Source: Candidatus Saccharimonadota bacterium
Lineage (GTDB): Archaea > Nanohalarchaeota > Nanosalinia > Nanosalinales > Nanosalinaceae
Direction: 5' to 3'
DNA: 32,000 nt
NCBI RefSeq assembly: GCF_029232205.1
Contig: NZ_CP107255.1
Span: forward strand, 270,001-302,000
The position numbers were made by a program, and so were the translations under genes. This document shows, one piece after another, positions 11,701-16,000 of this stretch. Position 1 is the first letter of the stretch; each line of letters opens with the position of its first letter. Under the pieces are notes generated by a model. The model saw only the letters and a list, made by a program, of their open reading frames with translations. It ran no database searches and was not told the origin of the DNA.

Positions 11701-12941
11701 ACGTTTACGTCGTTCAGTCTTCTTTCGGCCATCTCTGTTACTTCGCTGGTGTCGACCGTGTAGTTCTGGCCTCCAACCTCTACTTTCAGCGAGCCCTGAT
11801 CGCTGTACTTGTTGACAGCGGTTTTCAGGTAGACTGTTCCATTTTCCTGTGAAATATTGAATGGATACTCTACGTTTACTGGGCCTCCGCATCCTGTACA
11901 GATCAAGTCTTCTGCTGAGCCATCGTCGTTGGTGTAGAAAATGTTCTGTGATGAGAGTTCTCCGCTGTCTACGTTGAAGTAGCTGCTTGTATCCGATGTG
12001 CTCCATATGAGATTTCCGTTTGTATCCAGAACCTTGACTCCTGCATTTGTTGTTAGAATTATTTCTTCCTTGTTTGTCACGACGTCAATGTTGCCTGATG
12101 AGATTCCGTTCACATCGTTGCTGGAAGTGTAGTTCCAGAGGCTGTTTCCTGAAGAGTCATAGGCCTTGACCTGCGTGCCATCAAGAACCACCATTTCATC
12201 TCTTGAATCTCCCTGGATGTCGGCGAACTCCATTCCTGTTCCTGTCAGTGTGAGAAGAGGCCTGCTCTCAAGGGTTGATAGTTTGATGCTGAAATTCTGT
12301 ACGCTACTGTCGCCAGGAATATCAAAGCTTCGTGTAGTATCTTGATCGAGATTCAGTACTTCTCCTTCGTATCCTGGATCGTAGTTTGTCGAATCTCCTG
12401 AAGGATTACAGGCCCAGAAGTTTGATGAGAAGGAACAAAGTGTCTGAGTTACCAGGCCTTCGTTCAAGGTTATTCTTGTTGAGTCCTGTTCGGCCTTACC
12501 TCTTCCACTGACGGTTCTGGTTACTCCTCCTATACTAATATTGGCCTTGTAGTCTCCGAACTGGTTGACGTCAAATACTATTCTTCCGAAAGAGTTACTC
12601 TGGCCATTCCAGTCTGCAGTAATATCGTTTCCTGCTACTGTGCCCGATGAATCTGTCTCAACCCAGGATCCATCCTGTCGGTATTCAATCCTGTTCAAGC
12701 TGAGGCTATCTTGCCCATCGATAACATCTATATCTAGCTGGCTATTGGTGGTTGAATTAAACTTTATAGTCCAGTTGCCGGCTTCTGAGCCGTCAGAAAT
12801 TCTAAATTGGGAAACTGCATCAGCTATATTTGCATCTGTTTGACCTGCGATGCTTCCAGCCAGTATTAGAGCAAAAGCTATACCTACTACCAGCTTGCCT
12901 AAATCGTCGCTGAGGCTGCCTCTCAGTCTAGAAGTGATCAC
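1..12941 (-). CDS. Giant secreted/cell-surface adhesin-like protein; at least 4313 codons in the window, 3' end cut by the window edge
   Basis: The minus-strand frame with codon first positions at coordinates congruent to 2 mod 3 is open from an in-frame TAA (12975-12977) down to coordinate 1. The only plausible start is GTG at 12939-12941; the first in-frame ATG is at 12233 and would delete the signal-like segment. Hand translation starts (M)ITSRLRGSLSDDLGKLVVGIAFALILAGSIAGQTDANIADAV and is still open at the edge with ...KIDNTAPSITNVRASPSTPVAPGSTVTVKADITDI. Independent check: all seven minus-strand track ORFs in 1-12950 start at coordinates congruent to 0 or 1 mod 3. None lies in this frame although it contains many ATGs, as expected if the frame has no stop in the window. 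Confidence 0.85.
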   Translation of the reverse strand, partial: MITSRLRGSLSDDLGKLVVGIAFALILAGSIAGQTDANIADAVSQFRISDGSEAGNWTIKFNSTTNSQLDIDVIDGQDSLSLNRIEYRQDGSWVETDSSGTVAGNDITADWNGQSNSFGRIVFDVNQFGDYKANISIGGVTRTVSGRGKAEQDSTRITLNEGLVTQTLCSFSSNFWACNPSGDSTNYDPGYEGEVLNLDQDTTRSFDIPGDSSVQNFSIKLSTLESRPLLTLTGTGMEFADIQGDSRDEMVVLDGTQVKAYDSSGNSLWNYTSSNDVNGISSGNIDVVTNKEEIILTTNAGVKVLDTNGNLIWSTSDTSSYFNVDSGELSSQNIFYTNDDGSAEDLICTGCGGPVNVEYPFNISQENGTVYLKTAVNKYSDQGSLKVEVGGQNYTVDTSEVTEMAERRLNDVNVDGMARFDGRNLTMEVEQPGFSAEKYYLELPLAKEPGAEGLAQIELNGNTYNVNLSEVSSTTSENVNRSSSDGESVVPVSDNQIPVNTTIQDNASTYVSVALNSIGGEISDLEFELNGTTYPIDSGQVTETAKEIYSAEDGAGENLTDIQNQATFNLFYNIPSDIEAEKVYLRTALNYEGSKGSQPYFVINGNRYNISTDEIQETSTVVRSINDGEADNSTCIGCNGGGNPDPYFDLTALDVESLQAQEATVSAKMCSVGNASYDLQLGGPGTNVNKQINTSKIPSCNTTGNTTGGEWVSTQIDTSSLNNDVIFYECSNCNSSSYYEMFGDNSTSGNSEILTDDALEPLPFDYMINVSTDSSLDFDWVETEVNKSDIAQGRNVTYNCESCATDSSFNLIKDSSTTGHSYYQGNLTSGDYMVQVWTNTSTEYNWAGTELPSDELGQNPLSVTCDSCTTGYNLIEDNQTGLMRKITQIPVNYSMVKTEVSGSDLNSDSTVELSTDSGANAFIGTSTNSGLTSEVKTENYTYERRTGSAARTWTNTSLEYTWVRTEVDGQDLNENENITYYCESCSDSYNLLLDSSSSTATYTQGQKLSEGLLLRTDVFGSNRGDEIVVSKFGGTVRALNSTGSEIWNYTAGSEITDVEIGDTSSGTTGNEIVVGTRNKIAILDSSGTQIERYPPTGDTWFRSLTTTQVSGGSTGKEIIGGTEDQRIIAIDSDGTQIWEKSYSSKVESLESGNITKASESSILAGFRNGTVLLMEPDGTPINTYEYSSQIQELSKGEIGRVAGKEVGVTTSENDIINLFSVPENLTVNIGNDGDNEYSETGLFFGETTLTGSNFTDEFNDELGQCSNLTCTIDIVFGSDSGGRVEVSEPRVEYEYNFSDTYTLQEDVTKWAQRTGISTGQDIMFNALQVAYSSNPAVPVRVESLYLPDTLSTEGSQEVVFNGRKYSISAPYLPLPGDLAYILDPDTPIRSDDYIWYEEGMNATPVVQTKSNFSRGSPSYQNVTVFRNTSKTSATFRNVTTTIAVNESKITDNVFIEVDWDQDGTYTDITPSSTGCSSKEQITAEGATFQICKSDENSNGKIDSIKVTQEEVGTTYSEHNETIYRVGGKTNAAPVLESFSNTPDQGYWGENFTINTSFSDNENDQINASIWAKTPAQWIKTQEKTGTGNISFKLQSYKNWTGDIRYKVEYQDVYNDGQAIHGETNSSEKFFTVEKHNVGLIYSQGRDLKINRTEEEADFGVEVKDLVDNESLDTNEAYCRFRIDGSMIDSGAITTPNSGYCNYTLSSFNYSVGDHNWSIRMTGNDYYKANTSQNINFTLMGELTVGSTTVPDKAYRPTNHPQNTFTYNFSNIQDQFGTEQPVDFTVDFGQFEGINSGTSTSEVSSDYSVQESAEVGPRYLNVTLTEPYFHEKKVTRTVDVYGLVDGALTSGDVVYAQNDTINLTATLKDSTGSNITADVTFDTPSGFCQNNYEDGNEYTCEFDPSDSLSAGDYNWSIDVSKPYFEYNENENGSIKVRTPIEATSDIVNGPLLRYNNDTGQNTVEYSVYNINDGNNSLNDVTFSIDWDGQQQRQAQVDSDGTNDSFDVPDDETLGNHTAEITLQKGDYTDFTYTEDLEVKGSINTSVASQSETVYRQDDNITLVAEVTNRLGENITSATVNFNTPAGTCETESQTLNVYNCTFNPSNSLDAGEYTWNVSVNKSGYVHQIKSNDTFNVNGNLQADINLTDSPVYRYNESSGDTELDYNISNITDGKNAVDSVSYTLKWNGDTKDTGTANSEGFTGSFDIPDEASIGSNSVRVVLEKSGYRDFNNTYQKEVKGTLNITSLPTASVYENNSVTRNNGYPLTTDLSLNLTNMLGETVDGATVSYSTPTENTCSTTENTGTYTCNYDPNILINVGQQQWTATVSKTGYNDAATGTNNFLVKDVVRPEFISDGKVIQRTNSGDLTTELQDPSGSKISQNNFNATYQIEGLTEDTVEGSSGEATYNWNTVCEDTPGEYTVDVNASLDSQLYDLYETQDSSTIEVHGQASVNITSPLNSSTSGTSYRQGDNVNLDVNVSDSCGNAGNIPGSDIIWTAEDADTTKTINSGETGSWTIPEYFTSDTDLTVDVENPYYSQASDINTIVIDRVIKMNLTEGGADKVRTYDGDYQYNLSGQIITGDNKEAYQSTINETWTDFNVTFYINGNKVAEKDTDSEGKASATVTLDSNYNPGDYSVTAQLENKTNIDTRILNENDSENFVLKDEANVTIEEPPTGELFYNEEKTLRASITTATGSAGNLDIGYTWRYQDNDTELTVISSSKSSSWIVPSYAYGYGNITVVAQNQYIQDDIGVLDTTAKRKVSIADYSPSLYAEPDSTKYLNTTIDIPGLSNKSGFNVTFWIGNLSNKHYVQTDSSGEASYLWDTTGYDTGAYETGVIINNDMDDFFETVSPNEVNETQIIPDVLNISAYYRDNQERDSRGNTYQNLDKYVVYRNGGPWQHPETMYLAANVTTPFQGSQQKYEVGNSTVHFWITGTSADGSQISEEIATAEVDLEEYENAQNDNDNQWWDEYLAHTEWNPRGNFPVGSYNLTINASHPQDSYEPDPVTEIPIEVRGTLNVTIEEPVDGRDDFQMDNFTMKAKVQDMNGNQLTESELDGIYWSLDEDGCQGGGISGERNGGEVINWDDAVAHGGRNKLETWIVPGNPSSNGYNLGGDDFITIGVEKQYFDSTRNSYRTGFLDCSAAFDQWSMSPGYLNGQYEGPRGNIVKQRHDIRARIEAEWDSPTQNPVGTDDNDLLNVSAFFKEFNTSQGLPNGFNGQYHASCLNCTDSQNKDMMQEEYEYRDDSEAQFQINFSNEEYGKNYTIKIWATSQDGDYEATFPLNTTSREFTVYRDVGSGDGDVDINGECEPSKGENVLVAPSDCGFDNLPEQYWLNETADSSVDAASDPDFNPVTNTSNYDHFRNTSHPEYEANKAYYANHSVYPNDYAGGCDFDGEEDDTYEEPEICPDYRQTNVTPEIRNALGDPLSLDVQTSSRQVIVSTDGTDVEFSAEVRDENGDLTQVTLYNQTGATNTSIEAMSTTQAGSSENWRTFTSDAYSLASDGSYRIFAEDDAGLTNKSLQINTVLDPDKVGIATVEYPSERYFQNGANFQVNVTLTNTNESINPGAGITEQEIVSDAKVVLDGTDYPLSYNSTVDKWQTTVTAGGDNSFNVTVTEKSGHNAEITRDYKIDLNNPIVEQTNANTTLTAANQPVNFSAITRDLESGLYATKLLRDSSTVCGNSTFNDAGTDLNQCTVNTPGSTGSYMYRFWARDNAGNLNDSRTITVEVDATPPSVTSTSANDTVVNTNDTVTISSSINDGEGHLDQTVVTSYYKNWDSGQPDAGDQPYVKMLTSSGGVWHDYPTGETEAAICERDNGTYYNTSSDMTWPNARDTCQSNGDHLATIENQEENDLITGQFSGQHWIGYHDPDQDNNNYVWSKTGATGEIYCDNSQFSGSCDVQVNQTQEFAVFANDTLGNINYQTVQVDTDDTKPSITINQPPSSPVTGTITIDASISDSHLDTNSPEYKITKADGTNTSGSLTGGGPWTADVDTTNFEDGNHDVYVVAEDKAGNRNTVKVTPQFDNTPPEITYEENIYNQAWVKVETDTGDTIIVNLRKSGVTTADLSDLDGTTATISVKLATDQVTSTPVLDSLQLNGAQGGLLENLTTETQWKDGNFDGTTPDAQPGSLQIGYLDGDTSAGTINDPGEFEETASEIEKYSGLYQIRNIDLTENPGQLTVDARNIKTGNVQGQTSFNETIYDLLENGDPTTYDYKIEELDSDGTVTDTIVSWTDLGTNGGSSYGAVLDTTTEADGNYQITVEAQDDLGNTNTKTMKFKIDNTAPSITNVRASPSTPVAPGSTVTVKADITDI
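1242..1625 (-). other. C-type lectin-like segment with a QPD...WHD motif; its two halves are in swapped order
   Basis: YYKNWDSGQPDAGDQPYVKMLTSSGGVWHDYPTGETEAAICE resembles the C-terminal CTLD half (W-x-x-G-E/Q-P-N/D ... W-N-D ... C-E). It is followed by TYYNTSSDMTWPNARDTCQSNGDHLATIENQEENDLITGQFSGQHWIGYHDPDQDNNNYVWSKTG, which resembles the N-terminal CTLD half (W-x-x-A-x-x-x-C ... L-A-x-I-x-x-x-E-E-N ... W-I-G ... W-x-W). QPD is at 1593-1601, WHD at 1536-1544 and WIGYHD at 1335-1352. Confidence 0.55.
5895..7735 (-). repeat. Three copies of an alternating two-domain (A-B) Ig-like super-repeat, about 205 aa per unit
   Basis: B-type domains share ..VY-x-Q-x-D-x-I-x-L-x-A-x-(L/V) ... T-C/F-C ... 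Y-x-C-x-F/Y-(D/N)-P-S ... (A/V)-G-(D/E)-Y-x-W: TFDTPSGFCQNNYEDGNEYTCEFDPSDSLSAGDYNWSIDVSK; NFNTPAGTCETESQTLNVYNCTFNPSNSLDAGEYTWNVSVNK; SYSTPTENTCSTTENTGTYTCNYDPNILINVGQQQWTATVSK. A-type domains share Y-R-Y-N ... Y-x-(V/I)-x-N-I-x-D-G-x-N ... F-D-(V/I)-P-D-(D/E) ... E-V-K-G. Confidence 0.6.
9285..9905 (-). other. Beta-propeller-like region 2 of the giant protein (about 4-5 blades)
   Basis: DVFGSNRGDEIVVSKFGGTVRALNSTGSEIWNY / VEIGDTSSGTTGNEIVVGTRNKIAILDSSGTQIERY / TQVSGGSTGKEIIGGTEDQRIIAIDSDGTQIWEK / GNITKASESSILAGFRNGTVLLMEPDGTPINTY / GEIGRVAGKEVGVTTSENDIINLF. The period is about 45 aa, as in FG-GAP or PQQ/BamB-type blades. Confidence 0.5.
9905..10825 (-). repeat. Five tandem modules of about 50-70 aa; four carry a CxxC motif
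   Basis: W-V-x-T-E-V-x-x-x-D leads into ..N-x-T-Y-x-C-E/D-S-C-x-x-x-Y/F-N-L-I/L. Instances: WVSTQIDTSSLNNDVIFYECSNCNSSSYYEMF; WVETEVNKSDIAQGRNVTYNCESCATDSSFNLI; WAGTELPSDELGQNPLSVTCDSCTTGYNLIED; MVKTEVSGSDLNSDSTVELSTDSG (degenerate, no Cys); WVRTEVDGQDLNENENITYYCESCSDSYNLLLD. CxxC codons lie at 10743-10754, 10533-10544, 10338-10349 and 9986-9997. Two further CxxC lie upstream: CTGC at 11889-11900 and CIGC at 11028-11039. Confidence 0.6.
11040..11846 (-). repeat. Four tandem modules of about 70 aa each (protein-level repeat) in the giant protein
   Basis: R1 TVYLKTAVNKYSDQGSLKVEVGGQNYTVDTSEVTEMAERR; R2 KYYLELPLAKEPGAEGLAQIELNGNTYNVNLSEVSSTTSE; R3 TYVSVALNSIGGEISDLEFELNGTTYPIDSGQVTETAKEI; R4 KVYLRTALNYEGSKGSQPYFVINGNRYNISTDEIQETSTV. 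Consensus is Y-L-x-x-A-L-N ... E-L-N-G-x-x-Y-x-V/I ... E-V/I-x-E-T, with a period of about 200-210 nt. Confidence 0.6.
11985..12235 (-). other. Beta-propeller blade-like repeats (FG-GAP/PQQ-like), region 1 of the giant protein
   Basis: FADIQGDSRDEMVVLDGTQVKAYDSSGNSLWNYTSSNDVNGISSGNIDVVTNKEEIILTTNAGVKVLDTNGNLIWSTS. It shows alternating D-x-x-G-D/N ... E-I-I/V-V and V-x-A/L-D-x-x-G-x-x-I/L-W patterns, typical of propeller blades. Confidence 0.45.
12842..12941 (-). other. N-terminal signal peptide or signal-anchor of the giant protein
   Basis: A charged n-region (ITSRLRGSLSDD) is followed by a hydrophobic stretch (LGKLVVGIAFALILAGSIAG) and then polar QTDANIA. This is the classic Sec signal layout. 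Cleavage versus anchoring cannot be decided by eye. Confidence 0.6.
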
Positions 12942-12964
12942 TAAGATATAGTTCCTTAAGCTAG

Positions 12965-12976
12965 TATAAAAAAATT
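12965..12976 (-). promoter_or_regulatory. Candidate TATA box for the giant gene
   Basis: The minus strand reads AATTTTTTTATA, centred about 27 nt upstream of the GTG start. That spacing fits an archaeal TATA-to-TSS distance and a leaderless or near-leaderless mRNA. Confidence 0.3.
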
Positions 12977-13019
12977 AGACTGCCGGCGAAAAACCGCCAG
13001 CGCTACTATTTTCTCCTCA

Positions 13020-13030
13020 TTAATTATAAA
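13020..13030 (+). promoter_or_regulatory. Candidate TATA box for the 1249-aa gene
   Basis: TTAATTATAAA is centred about 38 nt upstream of ATG 13064. A short AGGT lies 5 nt before the ATG. Confidence 0.3.
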
Positions 13031-13063
13031 CGACGCGAGTCAATTCAATATATAGTAGGTTTT

Positions 13064-16000
13064 ATGATTTTCAGCCGCTCTCTACCGACAAAAACAGCTT
13101 TATGGACTAAGGCCTGTATTTTGGTATTGCTGGTGTGTTTCACAGGGCTAGGTGCGGCTTCAGGATTTCAGAATCCTCAAGTATTCTATAATACTACGAC
13201 AGGTCAGGCCACTTTCACGGTAGAGAACGACACCGGCCTTGTGGATCCCGAAATCAGGATTTCATCTCCATATACTGACTGGAGTAGCCAGAATCTGACT
13301 TACTCATCTAACTCTACTTACTCTGTCAATGTGAGTTTTGACAGGCCTAATGGAATTTACTACTACAGATATGTCTCCCAAAATCATGGCTTTCCAGATA
13401 ATCACTTCACTTTTGTAGCAGGCACCAGAAATGATTCTGTCCTCGCGAAAGGCCTGAAGTTCCAGAATCAGAATTCCAGCTCCAGTTTGTGTAGTCCTTA
13501 CGGCGATTTCACGTGCGAGTACGAAAATTATCAGTCGGAGCGAATGATTTCCGCTGTTCAGTATTACAAGGCCACGGCCAATCAGACATATCTTGACAGG
13601 GCCTTAAACTTCTCTTCCAAGCCTTATGGTGAGACTTTTGCTTATCGTTGTCAGACATTTAACTGTGGTACCAAGATTTCAGACAGCGGTGTTCCATCTT
13701 CTGTCAGGCAGGGAGCGCTTATTGAGGGCCTCTGGCAGGTTTACAGTGTTTCAGATAACAGTTCTGTTAGGGATCTGGCCCTAGGCTATTCTCAGGGTTC
13801 TCCTCAGGAGTCCTGTAATGTCTGGAATTCGAGTTATAACTGTACGACTGGTTGGGGTCAGGGAAGAATGGCTCAGGGCTACCTAACTGCATACAGGGTA
13901 ACAGGCAACTCTACTTACTTGAATAAGGCGGAGAAACTTCTTGAGCTTGATTATAACCATTCTCTGTTTGGAAAGGCTCTTACAGAGGCCTATAAAATCA
14001 CTGGTGAAGATAGTTACCGGGAGAGAGCGAGAGAGCTGGCTAGAGAGGTCTCATGTGAGAACTGTTCTGATAATTTCATGAAGAAAGAGTTTTACTGGTC
14101 TGGATTTCTCAGTACCGAGGAGTATGGATACTATAGGAATGGTTATCAGGATATGAACTCTTCTTGCCTGCAGGATGTTAACAGCACCTGTTCTAATCCG
14201 CTGAATCAGAGCAGGGCCTCCAAGTACTTGCTAAAAAAGTACCTTGCTTTCCAGAATAATACTAAGGATGTTTCCAATGGCGGAGTGCTGGAGAAGGATC
14301 GTATAGGAGATCCTGTAGCTGTAACTGCTGATTTTGAGGGGATGGTACAGAATACTTCTGTCCAATTTCGCCAGGTTGGTGGCAACTGGACTAACTGTGA
14401 TATAGGGTGGTTTGGAGATTGTTTCTTAACTGAAAATAACTCTCTTGAGCAGGGAGTCTATGAATACCGTTTTAAGACTCAGAACCTTTCTTTCCCACAG
14501 AATGGGTCTCTCAGGTTTGCTTTGAACTCTAGAAATGATGATTTGTTGGAGGAGACGGAGGCCTTCGCATCTAGTGGGATGGAGACATTGCCTGAGGGCG
14601 AGTACTGTGATTTATCTGATGATCCTCTGGCCTGTGACAATGAGGGGTACCAGGCAAAGATGCTGTCTGGCTATACCCAGATATACAGTAGTTCTGACAG
14701 CTATCAGAGCAGGATTTATGAACTGTTTTACGGGCCTTATGTGGACTTCATTGGCGCCAGTGCGAACTGTGATCCTGTTGATGGTGATTATGATTGTGGT
14801 ACGGGAGGTTATCGTGAGGAGGCCTCGGAGGAGGCTGGTAGTTACAAGCAGGGTAATTTGATTGAGTCCATGTGGGATCTTTACTCCGAGACCGGTAACG
14901 GTACTGTTTATGTAAGAGCTGAGAATTATACGCGAGGTAGTGCGGAGGACTGCGATGTATGGGCCGGTGATTTCAGCTGTGATTCTTCCAAGGGCCAGGC
15001 CGCGATGATTGGTGGTTATTCAGAGGCCTACAGGATTACAGGCAATCAGACCTACAGAGATATCGCAGTCAATCTCTCTGAGGCTGGAGTTCAGGGCTCT
15101 CAGAACAAAGTTCTCGCAGGTGCTCTGTGGGAGGCCTCAGTTCTATACAATAATACTAATTACAGCGATCAGGCATTGAACTGGACGGAGAGCTTGATCA
15201 ATTCCTGTACCTCTGGTGAGTGCACTGCAGATGAGTATACTTCTTCTGTGGCCTTTGCACATGATACCTTTGTATATGGAAATAATGATTCTTATTCTGA
15301 TTATTATCAGGGCTTGGTGGATAATACTACTGGTTCGGGCCAGTGTGGGCCTTGGAAGGAGGATTATGCATGTTCTGCTCCTGATACGCAGGGTATGTTT
15401 ATGGAGACTTTGCAGACAGCGGCTTATTCGGTTCCTATGAAGTTGAAAACTGTTGATAGCTTTAATGTGTCCAGCACAAGTTTGCAGCCTCAGAGTTCTA
15501 CAGATCTAGTTTGTTCTACTAGAAACGTTCTTCAGAATACTACTTTGCGAAATACAACTTTCTCACTGGATTATCCTGGCTCTGCATTTGCGCTTTCGGG
15601 TAATCAGACTCAGGATGTCGGCAATATCCCTTATCAGAACTCCTCGGAGGCCAGCTGGTCTCTTACCGCTGAGCAGTCAGGAACTTTTACTGTTTCATGT
15701 GTGATTTCGTCGGTTAATGGCCTGGATCAGGTGGAGGAGGTTGAGATAGCTGTTTCCGAGCCTGAGCCGGAAGGCGGTGGAGGTTCTGGTGGTCAGGAAG
15801 AGGACTCTGGAGGAGCTATCATTCTGCCGGAGCCTGAACCCGAGCCGGAATACTTGAACTATTCTCTCGAGGACTTCAGAAATATCTCAGATGTTTCCGA
15901 TTATGGCCTGGATGCTGAGAATTATACCTATGAGAGAGCTTCCTGTGGTTCAGCTACAAGAACTGTCTGGCCTTCTAACTCCACACTCGATGTTAATTAC

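Noticed and set aside
1766-12006. Minus-strand track ORFs rich in R/K/Q/N/P (1766-1948, 1915-2148, 3208-3648, 3652-4044, 6019-6390, 8854-9135, 11527-12006)
   Set aside because: All start at coordinates congruent to 0 or 1 mod 3, which is off-frame relative to the giant ORF. They have basic, low-complexity compositions typical of frame-shifted readings of A-rich coding sequence.
349-12843. About 35 plus-strand track ORFs of 60-192 aa across the left 13 kb (for example 3238-3768, 8941-9519, 3968-4429)
   Set aside because: They are S/L/V/C/F-rich, lack any recognisable motif, and lie antisense to the single long minus-strand frame. The giant gene uses A/C-rich codons, so its complement is T/G-rich and poor in stop codons. 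These are shadow ORFs.
12978-13005. GC-rich imperfect palindrome (GACTGCCGGCGAAAAACCGCCAGCGC) in the AT-rich divergent promoter region
   Set aside because: Only about 4 contiguous base pairs (GGCG/CGCC) pair cleanly, with mismatches beyond. That is too weak to call a hairpin or operator, though it could be a regulator site worth checking if the island is studied.
14535-15440. Plus-strand ORFs nested out of frame inside the 1249-aa gene (14535-14861, 15216-15440), and similar nested or antisense ORFs inside nreA, infB, eno, rps2, pyrH, priS and the methyltransferase
   Set aside because: They overlap well-supported genes, have biased R/L/C/I composition and show no independent signals.
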